Source of the DNA: Prorocentrum cordatum
Lineage: Eukaryota
Assembly: GCA_963575745.1 (NCBI GenBank)
Contig: CAUYUJ010000292.1
Coordinates: forward strand, 558,001-622,000
Direction: 5' to 3'
DNA length: 64,000 nt
In this document: piece by piece, positions 9,551 through 22,279 of the stretch
How the letters are laid out: the number at the start of each line of letters is the position of its first letter
Numbering within the stretch: the stretch's first letter is position 1
Translations under genes and position numbers: made by a program
Notes under the pieces: model-generated
Told to the model about the DNA's origin: nothing
The model's input: the letters and a program-made list of their open reading frames with translations, nothing else
Databases searched by the model: none

Positions 9551-11869
9551 CTGGTGTGAAAACCCGTGGACGATCCACGGCTGCCAGGTCGAGGTGTCTG
9601 ACCCGAACACGCGTGTGTCGCCGACAAGGGTTGCTGCAGGCTCCGGGCTCCGGGACTGATGGCTGTCTTCGAATGTCTTGGGAGGGTCTGGGGCTATCTC
9701 GGAATGGTCCCTGGAAGGTTCTTGTGGCATCGAAAGCTTGCCGCAATCCAGTCTCGCTGCAGCCTCTTGCAGGAGGAGGCGGTGGAGGAGGGTAGCGATA
9801 CTGGAGATGGGGGGAGTGCAGGCTCCCAGAGGACGCCGAGGCAGACGACATACGAGGTCCCCCTTTGTCACCCCTGGAAGGGGGTCTTAGGAGGAAGAGA
9901 GAGCAGTCCAGAGAGAGGGAAGTGCAGGCTCGCAGGCGAGGAAGCCAGGGCGGGAAAGAGAGAGGAGGGTCCCCCTTTGTCACCCCCGATGGCTGGGAGG
10001 GGGCCCACCGCGAGCTCGGGTTTGCCGTGGGCAGCGAGAAGGGGGTGAGGCGCACGAGAGCGAGCATGAGGCCGAGGAGGAAGAGTGTGGCTCTGGAGCG
10101 CGGGCGGTCTCCGGATTCTGTTGGAGGCCTTTGGAGACAGCAAAGGGTGCGGGCGCTGCTGCAGTGGCTCCGAGGTGTCGACATGCCCCCCTCACCGCCC
10201 CGAATCGGCTGTGGGGACCCCAGAGTTGCTGGAGCGTGGATCAAGGGGAGCCAAGGAGCAGGAGGGGGAGGAGGAGGAGGAGGAGGAGGAGGAGGAGGAG
10301 GAGGAGGAGGAGGAGGAGGACGGAGGAGGACGGAGTAGGAGTAGGAGTAGGAGTAGGAGTAGGAGGAGGAGGAGGAGGAGGAGGAGGAGGAGGAGGAGGA
10401 GGACGGATGAGGAGTGGGAGAAGAGAGCCAAACGGGGAGAGGATGCTCGTTGGGTCTTCATATGGGTAAGTAGGTTTGTTGAAGGCTGCTGGGGAGGCAC
10501 AGGGGCGGAGAGCTCTCTTGGGAGCTCCGGCGGAATCATCACAATATCTTGGGAGGGTATGGGGTGTATCGAAATGGCTCAGGTCTTCGTTCGGGGTCCG
10601 CAGCTTTCTTTGGGTGCCGTGGCTGATGGCGCTCTGCTGAAAGCTCCTTGGCAAGTGTCGGAGTCTCTTGGGGAGACTCTGGTGCGTCGGAATGGTCCTG
10701 GGAAGGAGTGGTCCTGGTAAGGTTCTTGGCCCATTGGAAGCTGCGGGCGGCCCATCGTCTGGGCTTTCTTCGGACCCTATTGGAGGCCTCTTGGAGGTCT
10801 TTCCAGAGCCTCGGGGGCGTTTCTGAAGCCACGTTAGAGCGCTCTTGGGCCGTCGTGGGGGCCTGTAGGGACGTCCTAGGGCCATCTGGAGGGGACTGTT
10901 GATGTTGGGAGTCTTGGGACGTCTGGGGGCTATGGTGGATGGTTCGAGCCGTTTTAGGGGCCCGCTTTGGGCCCTCTGGCAGCTCTTGAGGCCTTCTTGA
11001 GCCACTTGGGGGATCTCCTGAGCTGTCTCCGGGGCTTCTCGAGCTGTCCTGGGGCGATGTTGGCGGTCTCAGGCAGGAGCGCCCAGAATCGAATCGATAA
11101 GTCGAATCGGCGATCCAAATGAATCGGATCGGTGGGAATCGGCAGCCGAGTAGGGAAAAGTCGAATCGGCAGACATCGGCAGGCTAGTATGCCTGAAATA
11201 GGAAATTGGAACCCAAATCGGAATCCCATGTCGAATCGAATCGGAATCGGAGGCCATCGAAATCGAATCGAATCGAATCGAAGGAATCGAAACGAGCCCT
11301 GCCTCAGGCCGTCTTGGAGCCCGCGTTGGGACCTGTTGGGGAGCTCCTGGTGCCTTCTTCGGCCTTTTCTTCGGGGCCACCAAGGGCTCTAATTATGAGG
11401 CTGTCTTGAGCTTCTCTTGGGCAATATTCGGGCCCTCTGGGGGGCCGTCTTGGGGTACTTGGCGGGGCCTCCTAGACCGTCTTGGGGCGATCTGGGATGG
11501 CCTTGGAGCAGTCTGGGGCCGTTCTTGGCCCGAAACGGCGAGAACCTGGAAAACCGAATTAACAACCAAAAACATTAATGATTTTGGCCTTGGTGGAATA
11601 TCATCGGGGTCCGATTCGACTGTTTTGGGATGCACCTGGCCCGTCGTCGGGCCGTATTGGGCTGTCACGGGGCTCCGTTCGGGTTCTTTTGGGCCGACCT
11701 CGCGCGCTCCGGAGCGTCTCAGAGCCGTCTGGAACTGACAGAGGCCGTCTGGGACTGCCTATGGGCTTTCTGGAGCCGTCGGAAAGCGCCGTGGCGCTTC
11801 GGGTGCCCGGGGGCAGCTTTATATTTTTCGCCCCTGTTGCACGCGCAACGCCCAGAATTGTAGTACAGA
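9551..11869 (-). mobile_element. Non-autonomous Helitron-like element A
   Basis: Minus strand: A|TCTGTACTAC... to CCGTGGA-TCG-TCCACGG hairpin, spacer, CCAG|T; no TSD; no Rep/helicase ORF. Confidence 0.75.
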
Positions 11870-11974
11870 TAACGTTGGGCGCCAGCTTCACCTCCCACAT
11901 CTCGCTCAACAGTGCGATCGCCCGCTGCCACTGCTCGCCCTTCTCGCACGCGCCGATCCCAGCGTTGTAGCTGA
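11870..11974 (-). CDS. PPR block, 1 motif
   Basis: SYNAGIGACEKGEQWQRAIALLSEMWEVKLAPNV. Confidence 0.75.
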
Positions 11975-11996
11975 TGCCCCTGCAATGTAGTAGAGA

Positions 11997-13359
11997 CTAG
12001 AACTGACCCGTGGACTACCGTCCACGAATGCCAGTCGTCAGCCTGCCCGTGCTGCTGCTCATTGTTTGGTGTGTTGTTTGCTTGATGATTCAGACGGCGT
12101 CCAGAGCAGCGCTAGCAGCATAAGCGGCAGCAGATCCAGGGGCACGGGCCGTAGCAACAACAGCAGCTCTTCTTCCTTTTCCTCCTCCTTCGCCCTTTCT
12201 TCCTCCTCGTACTTGGCTCGTCCTCGTCTTCCGCCACCTCCTCCTCCTCCTGGTCCTCCTCCTGGTCCTCCTCCTCCCCCTCCTCCTCCTCCTCCTCTTC
12301 CTCCTCCTCCTCCTCCTCCTCCTCCTCCTCCTCCTCCTCCTCCTCCTCCCCTCCTCCTCCTCCTCCCCTCCTCCTCCTCCTCCTCCTCCGCCTCCTCCTC
12401 CTCTTCCCAATCGTGCGGTTCCGACTCTGCGGGCAGAAGCACTTCTTACGGAGGACAGCGACGACGGGGAGGAAAAGGTCGCAGAGACAGCGTTCCAAGG
12501 GGGCCGCAGCGGGATCTGACAGCTATTGTGTGCACCCCCCGCAGCGCGGGAGGTGTTAGAAGAAGTGTGGGGTATGGCTTTGTTCCCACGCACCAGCACT
12601 TTCTGGGAGCCAAATCGGAGCAGTTCGGTGGGAGCTGCTGGAGGCCTTCGCGGAGCCAGTGGGGTTTCACTTGTTCCAGTAAGCCGGGGGCTTCTGGGAG
12701 CACGTCAGAGCCGTGTCGAGGGAGCTGCTGGAGGCTTTCTGGGAGCCCCTGGGGATTGTCCCGGAGGCCGTCTTGGAGCCTCTGGGGGATTCTTTTGGGG
12801 GCTCGCTGGCTGTGGGAAGGGCGGGAGTGGGGGGGAGCGCTCCAGAGTTGGCCCTGTTGGGCCTCCCTTGTGGCCGTCTTGGGAGGCTGTTCGGCCGTTT
12901 TGGGAGTCCCCGGAGCCGTCTTGAGGTTCCTCTGGCGAATGCCCCCGAAACCCGTCTTGGAGCCTCCCGGGGGTTTCTTGGAGGCTTGCTGCCGTGGGAG
13001 GGGCGGAAGGGAAGGGAACGCTCCAGAGGTGGCCCTGTTGGGCCTCCCTTGAGGCCGTCTTGGGAAGCTGTTCGGCCGTCTTGGGAGACCCCAGAGCCGT
13101 CTTGAGGGCCTCTGGGACCGTCGAACGATTTGGGAGGCTTCTCGGGATGGGTTGCTTGTCTTTTAGCCGCAGAAGCGATCGTAAGAGGAAAAGCATCAAA
13201 AACCTGGGAAAAGGGCCTTCCGGGGCACTCGCGAGACTCTCCTGGGCCACGACGGCGTCGATCCACGAGCGGGGCCGCCGAGGCGCCGCCGCCGCGGGCC
13301 CGCCGAATGTAAGCAACGTGTCTTTCTGGCACGCGCTGAGCTCGGTAGTGTAGTCTAGA
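11997..13359 (-). mobile_element. Non-autonomous Helitron-like element B (family shared with C, G, L)
   Basis: G|TCTAGACTAC... to CGTGGAC-GGTA-GTCCACG hairpin, 8-nt spacer, CTAG|T. Confidence 0.8.
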
Positions 13360-13464
13360 CGATGTTGGGCTCCACATTCACCTCCTGCATCTCGCTCAGC
13401 AGCGCCAGCGCCCACTGCCACCGCTTGCCCTTCGCGCACGCGCCGATCCCAGCGTTGTAGCTGA
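13360..13464 (-). CDS. PPR block, 1 chimeric motif
   Basis: SYNAGIGAC (as in the 11870 unit) fused to AKGKRWQWALALLSEMQEVNVEPNI (as in the 14853 unit). Confidence 0.75.
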
Positions 13465-13486
13465 TGCCCCTGCAATGTAGTAGAGA

Positions 13487-14852
13487 CTAGAACTGACCCG
13501 TGGACTACCGTCCACGAATGCCAGTCGTCAGTCTGCCCGTGCTGCTGCTCATTGTTTGGTGTGTTGTTTGCTTGATGATTCAGACGGCGTCCAGAGCAGC
13601 GCTAGCAGCATAAGCGGCAGCAGATCCAGGGGCACGGGCCGTAGCAACAACAGCAGCTCTTCTTCCTTTTCCTCCTCCTTCGCCCTTTCTTCCTCCTCGT
13701 ACTTGGCTCGTCCTCGTCTTCCGCCACCTCCTCCTCCTCCTGGTCCTCCTCCTGGTCCTCCTCCTCCCCCTCCTCCTCCTCCTCCTCTTCCTCCTCCTCC
13801 TCCTCCTCCTCCTCCTCCTCCTCCTCCTCCTCCTCCTCCCCTCCTCCTCCTCCTCCCCTCCTCCTCCTCCTCCTCCTCCTCCGCCTCCTCCTCCTCTTCC
13901 CAATCGTGCGGTTCCGACTCTGCGGGCAGAAGCACTTCTTACGGAGGACAGCGACGACGGGGAGGAAAAGGTCGCAGAGACAGCGTTCCAAGGGGGCCGC
14001 AGCGGGATCTGACAGCTATTGTGTGCACCCCCCGCAGCGCGGGAGGTGTTAGAAGAAGTGTGGGGTATGGCTTTGTTCCCACGCACCAGCACTTTCTGGG
14101 AGCCAAATCGGAGCTGTTCGGTGGGAGCTGCTGGAGGCCTTCGCGGAGCCAGTGGGGTTTCACTTGTTCCAGTAAGCCGGGGGCTTCTGGGAGCACGTCA
14201 GAGCCGTGTCGAGGGAGCTGCTGGAGGCTTTCTGGGAGCCCCTGGGGATTGTCCCGGAGGCCGTCTTGGAGCCTCTGGGGGATTCTTTTGGGGGCTCGCT
14301 GGCTGTGGGAAGGGCGGGAGTGGGGGGGAGCGCTCCAGAGTTGGCCCTGTTGGGCCTCCCTTGTGGCCGTCTTGGGAGGCTGTTCGGCCGTTTTGGGAGT
14401 CCCCGGAGCCGTCTTGAGGTTCCTCTGGCGAATGCCCCCGAAACCCGTCTTGGAGCCTCCCGGGGGTTTCTTGGAGGCTTGCTGCCGTGGGAGGGGCGGA
14501 AGGGAAGGGAACGCTCCAGAGGTGGCCCTGTTGGGCCTCCCTTGAGGCCGTCTTGGGAAGCTGTTCGGCCGTCTTGGGAGACCCCAGAGCCGTCTTGAGG
14601 GCCTCTGGGACCGTCGAACGATTTGGGAGGCTTCTCGGGATGGGTTGCTTGTCTTTTAGCCGCAGAAGCGATCGTAAGAGGAAAAGCATCAAAAACATGG
14701 GAAAAGGGCCTTCCGGGGCACTCGCGAGACTCTCCTGGGCCACGACGGCGTCGATCCACGAGCGGGGCCGCCGAGGCGCCGCCGCCGCGGGCCCGCCGAA
14801 TGTAAGCAACGTGTCTTTCTGGCACGCGCTGAGCTCGGTAGTGTAGTCTAGA
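13487..14852 (-). mobile_element. Non-autonomous Helitron-like element C (duplicate of B)
   Basis: Same termini and body as B. Confidence 0.8.
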
Positions 14853-15272
14853 CGATGTTGGGCTCCACATTCACCTCCTGCATCTCGCTCAGCAGCGCCA
14901 GCGCCCACTGCCACCGCTTGCCCTTCGCGCACGCGCTTATCCAAGCGCTGTAGCTGATGACGTCGGGCTCCAGCTTCGCCTCCCGCATCTCGCTCAACTG
15001 CGCCAGCGACCGCTGCCACTGCTCGCCCTTCTTGCTCGCGCTGACCCCAGCATTGTAGCTGATGACGTCGGGCTCCAGCTTCGCCTCCCGCATCTCGCTC
15101 ACCAGCGCCAGCGCCCGCCGCCACTGCTCGCCCTTCTCGCACGCGCTGATCCCAGCGCTGTAGCTAGTGACGTCGGGCTCCAGCTTCGCCTCCCGCATCT
15201 CGCTGACCAGCGCCAGCGCCCGCTGCCACTGATCGCCCTTCTCGCACGCGCTGATCCCAGCATTGTAGCTGA
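14853..15272 (-). CDS. PPR block, 4 tandem motifs (exactly 420 nt)
   Basis: Four in-frame 35-aa repeats of consensus SY[NS]AGISACEKGEQWQRALALLSEMREAKLEPDVI. Confidence 0.85.
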
Positions 15273-17114
15273 CTAGTGTGAACCCGTGGAGAATCCACGG
15301 CCCGCAGGTCCAGGCAGTGGTCCCGAACGCGCACGTGTCGGAAGCACTGGAAGCGTCAAAAGTAATGTGTTTTTGCTGATCGCGCGAGGCCTGGGCGCGA
15401 TTAGCAGAAACACATAGGTTTTCAGACGCAATCAGAGTAAGGGGGCCCGACCGATCTTACAGAGTCCCTGTGCGCGAGAAGTTCGATGTGGGGGGTGGAC
15501 GCGTGGGGGCCAGAGTTGGGCGCTACGTTGGAGGGCCTCGTTTGAGGGCCACGTTGGGGGGTCTCGTCAGGGTGTCATGGCTGGGGCCAACGTTCGCGGC
15601 CCTGCCAGGGGCCATGTTTGGGGGCCGCGTGCGGGGTTCAGGGGCACATGTGACGGTCGCGTTTGAGGGTGTGGGGTTCGGGGGCAGATGTGACGGTCAC
15701 GTTTGAGGGCAATGGTTGGGGGCTGTGTGTGTGTGTGTTGGGGCCACGTTTGGGGGCGCCTGGAGGCTACGCGTGGGGTTGACGTTCGGGGGCCACGCTT
15801 ACTGGGGCGGTAGGGGCGAACTTCGGAGGCTTTGTGTGGGGGGGCCGCCTTTGGGGGTCCCGTTTGGAGGCCGCGCATGGGGCCGACGTGTAAGGGGCCA
15901 CGTCCAGGGGCGATCTCAGAAAGCAGTCGGGGAGCCCCGGGGGCACTGACCTGGAAGCGTGAAGAGGAATGGGTTTTTGCTAATCGCGCTGGGACTGGGC
16001 GCGATCAGCAAACTCAAGGGTTTTCAGGCACCGCCAGAGTGAAGGGGCCACGTTAGCGGGCCCGCGCAGCCTGGTCCTGGGGCCATCTCGGGGTTCTCGG
16101 GCCGTCGAGATGGCCGTCTCGAGAGATCGAAGCCAGCAGAACCGAGAGAGCAGCGGTGAGGCCCCCGATACAGCCAAGGGTGCGGGTGCTGGTATACGTA
16201 GGGCCCCCGAACTGGCTGTAGTGGCCTGCGGGCAAAGTCGCTGCGGGCCTGGGTAATGGGTAAGAGATCTCGCGAATGTTGGTTGGGATCTCATGGCTGG
16301 CCTCTCGGGAGCCTCTGGGAGACAGTTTGGGGGTTTCTTGGTAGCAGTTTGGGGGCGTCTTGGGGCCTCTTGGGCCCTCTTTTGGGGCCTCTTGGGGGTC
16401 TTTTGGGGCGCTTGGCGGCCTCTGGGGGGCCTCTTGGAGCCTCTTTGGGGCGTCCTGGGGCCTCCTGGGGATGTCTTGGGAGCGTCCCGGCGTTTCTTTG
16501 GGGCGTCTTGGGGCTTCCTGGGGGCCTCTTGGGGTGGAGGCCTAATTTTTTCGGTTCCGAGTCCCTGTCTGGGGCCTCTCTTGGTGCCTTCTTGGGGCCC
16601 TCTTGGGCTGTCTTGGGCGACTCCTGGGCCGTCTTGGGGCCCTCTTGGGCCGTCTTGGGGCCGTTCTGAGGCCTCTTGGGCCGTCTCGGAACGGTCTGGG
16701 GGGCCTCTTGGGCGGTCTTGGAGCGTCGGAAAGCAGAAAACGCGAGAAGGCCAGACACATCGAAAACGAAGAAAATCAACGATTTTGGCTTCTGCGGCCC
16801 CTCTTGGAGGTACACTTCGAGCGCTCTAGGGGCCTCGTGGACGCGTCCCGGGCCGTCTTGAAGGCGTCCTGAAGCCATTTTGAGCGTCTCGGATCCACTC
16901 TTGGACCGTCTTGGGCCGTCTTCGGGACCTCCTGAGGCCGTCTTGGGGCGATCTGGGAATCCTGGATCAGTCCGCCAGCGGACCAAGGGCCTCCCGGGCC
17001 CGTCGGGAAGCGGCCCGGATGCTCTCCGAGCGGCCCGCGAGCTCTCTGGGCGGCCCGGGGCGCTGCCACTGCCTGACCTTCTCGCGCGCGCTTCGCCCGG
17101 AATTGTAGTACAGA
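15273..17114 (-). mobile_element. Non-autonomous Helitron-like element D
   Basis: A|TCTGTACTAC... to CCGTGGA-TTC-TCCACGG hairpin, GTTCACA, CTAG|T; 3' end resembles element A. Confidence 0.8.
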
Positions 17115-17335
17115 TGGCGGTGGGCTCCAGCTTCGCCTGGGCCGTCTCCCGCATCTCGCTCAACAGCGCCAGCGCCCGCTGCCACTGCTCGCTCTTCTCG
17201 CACGCGCTTATCCCAGCATTGTAGCTGATGGCGGTGGGCTCCAGCTTCGCCTCCCGCATCTCGCTGAAAAGCGCCAACGCCCGCTGCCACTGCTCGCCCT
17301 TCTCGCACGCGCTGATCCCAGCATTGTAGGAGAGA
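17115..17335 (-). CDS. PPR block, 2 motifs (one with a 3-aa TAQ insertion; first bases altered to TCTCTCCTAC)
   Basis: YNAGISACEKGEQWQRALALFSEMREAKLEPTAISYNAGISACEKSEQWQRALALLSEMRETAQAKLEPTA. Confidence 0.75.
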
Positions 17336-20300
17336 CTAGGGCTCACCCGTGGACTACGTCCACTTGCGAGGGGAGGGGGAGGAGGAGGATGAGGATGAGG
17401 AGGAGCAGGAGGAGGAGGAAGACCAGTGTAAACTCAAGAGTCATCAACGATGTTGGAATTAACCCTCCCTCCAAGCTCCCTCTTTATAGGCCCCTACAAC
17501 GGTTCATTTCCATTGAAGGAACTGCCTCGTTGGAAGACAACCGCTTGAAGATCCTAAAGCATGCCAAAACATTGTTCTCGGGATTTCAACGCCACGTATC
17601 AACTTGACTGCTGCGTCTTGACGATCTAAAATCGTGCCAGATCGCCGTTTGTGGGACTTCAACACCGCGAATCAACATAACTGTTGTACCCGCATAATCC
17701 TAAATCCTGCCCAAACACTACTTCTGGTATGTTGATCATGGGTATCCGTGAACCTCTGTGTTTGTACAACGAAATTGCGCGGCGCTAAGGCGAGAGCCAC
17801 AGTTTGAAAAGGAGCCCTCTCAATCCGCGAAGCTCTTGCAAATTGTGATAGTGAATGTGCGCGGCGCTACGGCGAGAACACATTTTGAAAACGGCCCGCC
17901 CTCAATCCGTGAAACTCTTCCAAATGTCTGCAACGAGTGTGCGCGGCGCTACGGCGAGAGCCACACTTTGATAACCCCTCAATCCGTGAAGCTCTTGCAA
18001 TTTGTTACATCGAGTGTCAGCGGCGCTAAGGCGAGAACCACATTTTGAAAATTACCCGCCATCAATCCGTGACACTCTTTCACACGTTTAAAAAGAATAT
18101 GCGCGGCGCTAAGGAGAGAACCACATTTTGAAAACGACCCGCCATCAATCCGTGAAACTGTTGTCACTGTTTAAGATTCAGGGTCGAAAAAGATGGGGAA
18201 GTCTCAGGCGAAACGCCCGGCACGCCCAAAAAAACTGGCTTCGGGGTGCGATACGGAGAAGTATCTACAAGGAGAAGGAATGGAGGAGGAGGAGGAGGAG
18301 GAGGAGGAGGAGGAGGAGGAGGGGGCGAGGATGGGGGGGAGGAGGAGGAGGAGGAGGAGGAGCAGGAGGAGGAGGAGGAGGAGGAGGAGGAGAAGGAGGA
18401 GGAGGAGGAGGAAGAGGAGGACGAGGAGGAGGAGGACGAGGAGGAGGAGAAGGAGGAGGAAGAGGAGGAGGAGGAGAAGGAGGAGGAGGATGGATGGATG
18501 CGACTGCATCGAAGCAGCCCAGACAGGCATCCATCCGACCCTGGTCTACCCCGCGGGCAAGCCAGAGAGGCGGAAACCACCCCCGCGGGGACAAAAGCGG
18601 GACATCCCAGCCTCGTCGTCGTCCTCCTCCTCCTCCTCCTCGTCGTCGCCGTCGTCGTCCACATCCTGTCCCCTCAAAGAAATCGCGCGCCTGTGGCGGA
18701 GGAGAGTGGCGACGGGGAAGAGAAGGAGGCTCAAAATTGTTGACGCTTCGCGTATCCCCACCAGCCCATCCAGAAACGATGCCCAGCTTTTACTGGGGTG
18801 TAGCCCACAGGTGCAGAGAAACGATGCCCAGGGGAGTTGAGGTGATAAGGGAAGTCGGGGAGCATGCAGAATAACAAAGGGCGGGGGAAGCTGTCACGTA
18901 CCCCAAGAGGGGGAGGATGGAGAAGGAATCCTCGTCGGAGGGGGAGGGGGAGGAGGAGGAGGAGGAGGAGGAGGAGGAGGAGGAGGAGGAGGAGGAGAAT
19001 GAGGAGGAGGATGTGGAGTAGGGAGAGGACGAGGAGGACGAGAAGGTGGAGAAGGAGCAGAGGGAGGAGAAGGAGGAGAAGGAGGAGAAGGAGGAGGAAG
19101 AGGGGGATGAACAATTGAAGAGGACGGCGAACCGAAGAGCCAGAAGCGTCTTAAATGCATTTCGGAGATCTTCTTGAGGCTTCTTGGGGGTCTCTTGGGA
19201 GCCTCTTGGAGGCCTCTTGGGCGCCTCTTGGGGCCGTTGGGCGCCTCTTGGGGCGCTCTTGGGGCGCTCTTGGGGGCTGTAGGGGCGCTCTTGGGGCCAT
19301 CTTGGAGGAGATCGATCAACGAAGGGGGGGTCCCTAATTAGCCTCCCCCCTCAGGAGCTCCAAACATCGCCTCTTGGGGCGCTCTTGGGGCGCTCTTGGA
19401 GCGCTCTTGGGCGCTCTTGGGGCCGTCTTGGGGCTCTCTTGGGCCTCTTGTGGGGCCCTCTTGGGCCATCTTGGAGCCATCTTGAGGCCTTGGATGGCCA
19501 TCGGAAGCGAAACGGGGAGAAAGCAAACAACATTGATTTCCCTAAGGTTTTGGGACGATTTTGGCCTCTTCGGGGCCTCCTTGGGGAGCTCTTTGGCCAC
19601 TTGGAGCCGTCTTGGGGCCGTCTTTGGGCCTCTTGGAACCATCTTAGGAGCCATCTCGAGCGATCTTGCGCTATCTTGAGCCTTCTTGGAGCTCATCTTG
19701 GGCTCTCCCACGCGCTCTTGAAGCCATCTTGGGGCCAAAAGAGCCGTCCGACCGCTCGGGGAACCCTCCGTCCAGGTCCAGGGGAGGGGGTAGGGGGAGG
19801 GGTAAACCCTTCCCCAAGGGGGAAGAGGGAGGGGTGGAAGAGGATCTGTTCTAGACCACCTACGCCCAGAGGGCTGGTGGGATTATCGGAGAGAACCGCA
19901 CCCCACACCCCTTGGGACACGCTCGGCGCGGGAGGCGTCGCAGAAACAGCGTCCCCGAGACGCCGCGGCTGCATCGCACAGCTCTTTTCTGCAACCCCTC
20001 CAGTGCGAGAGGTGTCCCAAAAGGTGTGGGGTATGGCCTGTTCGCATCGCAGCAGTTCGGTGGGAGCGGAGCTGCGGAGCTGCTCGAGGCCTTCGAGGAG
20101 CTCGTGGGGCATCATTGGTTCTAATGAGCTGGGGCGTTCTGGAAGCATATTAGAGCCGTTTCGACGGAGCTGCAGGAGGCTCTCCGGAAGCCTCGGGGGA
20201 GCGTCCGGGAGGCCGTCTGGGGGCATCAAGGGGGGCCCCTTGGGCGGGAGGGAGGGGGGGGAGGGGGGCGCGCTCCCGAATGGGCCCTGGGGGCCGTCTT

Positions 20301-21404
20301 GAGAGGCTGTTCGGCCGTCTTGGAACCTCCCGCAACCAATTTGAGGGTCTTGGGCCGTCATAAGGACTCTTGGGGGCTCCCTGGAAGCCCTCCGGAGGAA
20401 TTGGGAAGGGTTGGGATTTTTGTTGGCCGGAGAAGCGATCGTAAAAGGGCGTGCGGAAAACCCAACAAAACGCCATAATTGTTCGTCCTCGTTGCCCTCT
20501 CGGAGGCAACAGGGGAGCCTTGCTGCTACTGGATCCCCCTCCTCCTCCTCCTCCTCCTCCTCCTCCTCCTCCTCATGCTCCTTCGCCTCCGCCTCCGCCT
20601 CCTCCTCCTCCTCTTCCTCATGCTCCTGCTCCTCCTCCTCCTCCTCCTCCTCCTCCTCCTCCTTCTCCCCCTCCTCCTTGTTTCCTCGATTCTTCATCCT
20701 CTCGGTCTTGGATCGTGAATCGTGGATCCTACGACGACGCTCCCCAGAAGACGAGCATGGAAGGTCTTCTGAGTGTCCAAAACGGCTGTTTGGGACCTGC
20801 GATCTGCCTCTCGCCTCTCGTCCGCCCCTCCTCTCTCGGAGGCAATATCGAAGCTACTGAGAGCCTCTTGGGGGCCGTTTGGGGGCCTCTTAGGGCTTCT
20901 TTTCGGCCTCGCATGGGCCTCTTGGGTGCCGTTTGGGCCGCCTTGGGGCCGTCTTGGGCAACCTTGGGCGCCTCTGGGGCTTTCTTGGGGCCGCCTTGGC
21001 CGGCTCTTGGGGCCGTGTTTGGTGCCTCTTAGGCTGTCTTGGGCGCTTCCGGGGCCGTCCTGGGGCTGCCTGGGGCCGTCTTGGGGCCCTCATAGGGGCA
21101 TCTTGGGGCTTGTATGGCCATCGTGGACGCGTCGGAGACGGAAAGCACAGTAACGCCAGACATACACGTTTTCCGAAAGAAATGGTATGAATTTTGCCTC
21201 GTGGAGCTCTCCTGGGTTCCTCCTGGGCCGTCTTCGGAGCCTCCTGGCCTGCCTTGGGTGCCTCTGGGGTTGTCTTGGGGCTCCCTGGGAATGCTCCAAG
21301 GCCGTCCTCGCGCCCCCTCGAGCCTCTCAGAACCGTCCTCAGGCCGTCTGAGGCCATGTAGGGACCCCTCCTCGCACGCACCCGTCCCAATATTGTAAGA
21401 GAGA
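17336..21404 (-). mobile_element. Composite non-autonomous Helitron-like element E
   Basis: A|TCTCTCTTAC... to GTGGAC-GTA-GTCCAC hairpin, GGGTGAGCC, CTAG|T; contains a B-family internal segment (~19890-20480) and nested repeats. Confidence 0.7.
17745..18170. repeat. ~82-bp tandem repeat, ~5 copies
   Basis: GCGCGGCGCTA[AC]GGCGAGARCCACA.TTTGA....CCC.TCAATCCGTGAA.CTCTT recurs. Confidence 0.85.
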
Positions 21405-21614
21405 TGGCGTTTGGCGACACCTTTGTCTCCCGCATCTCTCTCAGCAGCGCCAGCGCCCGCTGCCACTGTTCGCCCTTCTCGCACGCGCTGATCCCAACGC
21501 TGTAGCTGATGACGTTGGGCGCCACTTTTGTCTCCCGCATCTCGCTCAGCAGTGCCAGCGCCCGCTGCCACTGCCCGCCCTTCTCGCACGCGCTGATCCC
21601 AGAGTTATAACTGA
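21405..21614 (-). CDS. PPR block, 2 motifs (exactly 210 nt)
   Basis: SYNSGISACEKGGQWQRALALLSEMRETKVAPNVISYSVGISACEKGEQWQRALALLREMRETKVSPNA. Confidence 0.8.
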
Positions 21615-22279
21615 CTATGGCTAACCCGTGGTCTACGTCCACTTGCAGGGTGAAGCGTGTGGGGATGTCATTACAGCTTGGGGCTCGACCCTCGCATTCG
21701 GCGCATGCCTCTGCGTAGTGTTGCTTGCTGCGGTTGCATGCTGTTGGTAATGATTGCCGCTGCTGCGTGTCGTTGTTGCTTGTTGCTGAAAGGTGCTGAT
21801 GATGGCCACGTCTGCTTGGTGCTTGCTGCTGACCGCTACCTGCTGCTGCTGCTGATGCTGATGCTGTTTGCTGTTGTTGTGCGCTGACACTATTGTTGCC
21901 TGCTTCGTGTTTCGTGCTGGTGCCTTCGGCTACACAGGGGGTGTTTCGGGCCGCCACAGGATGATCTTGAGCCACCTTGAGGCTGTGTTGCGACCAAGGT
22001 TGGAGATTGAGAAGCAACAGTGAGCCTTCTGTTCCAACGAGGTTGCATGCGGGTGTGGCCGCCCGGGGAGGTCGGAGAATGCGAGCGGATTGCGTGGGCT
22101 GGGGAGAAGATCGAGGGCACTGTGGAACATGCCCCCAAATGGCCAGCCTGTCTGGAGCACTCTCAGGAAGAACTTCCCAGGAGTCGCCCATTCAGACCAG
22201 AGAGTTTGCAAAGGGGGGAGAGAATTATCATGTCGAAGGGCCCAACCATACGCTGTTGTGAGTACCGCGTTGTGGCAAT

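Larger units (their letters stand above)
11945..14927. repeat. Recent tandem duplication, copies 11945-13434 (1490 bp) and 13435-14927 (1493 bp)
   Basis: Near-identical; I see about 3 substitutions and one CCT-unit difference; breakpoints lie in CGCACGCGC inside PPR units. Confidence 0.92.
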
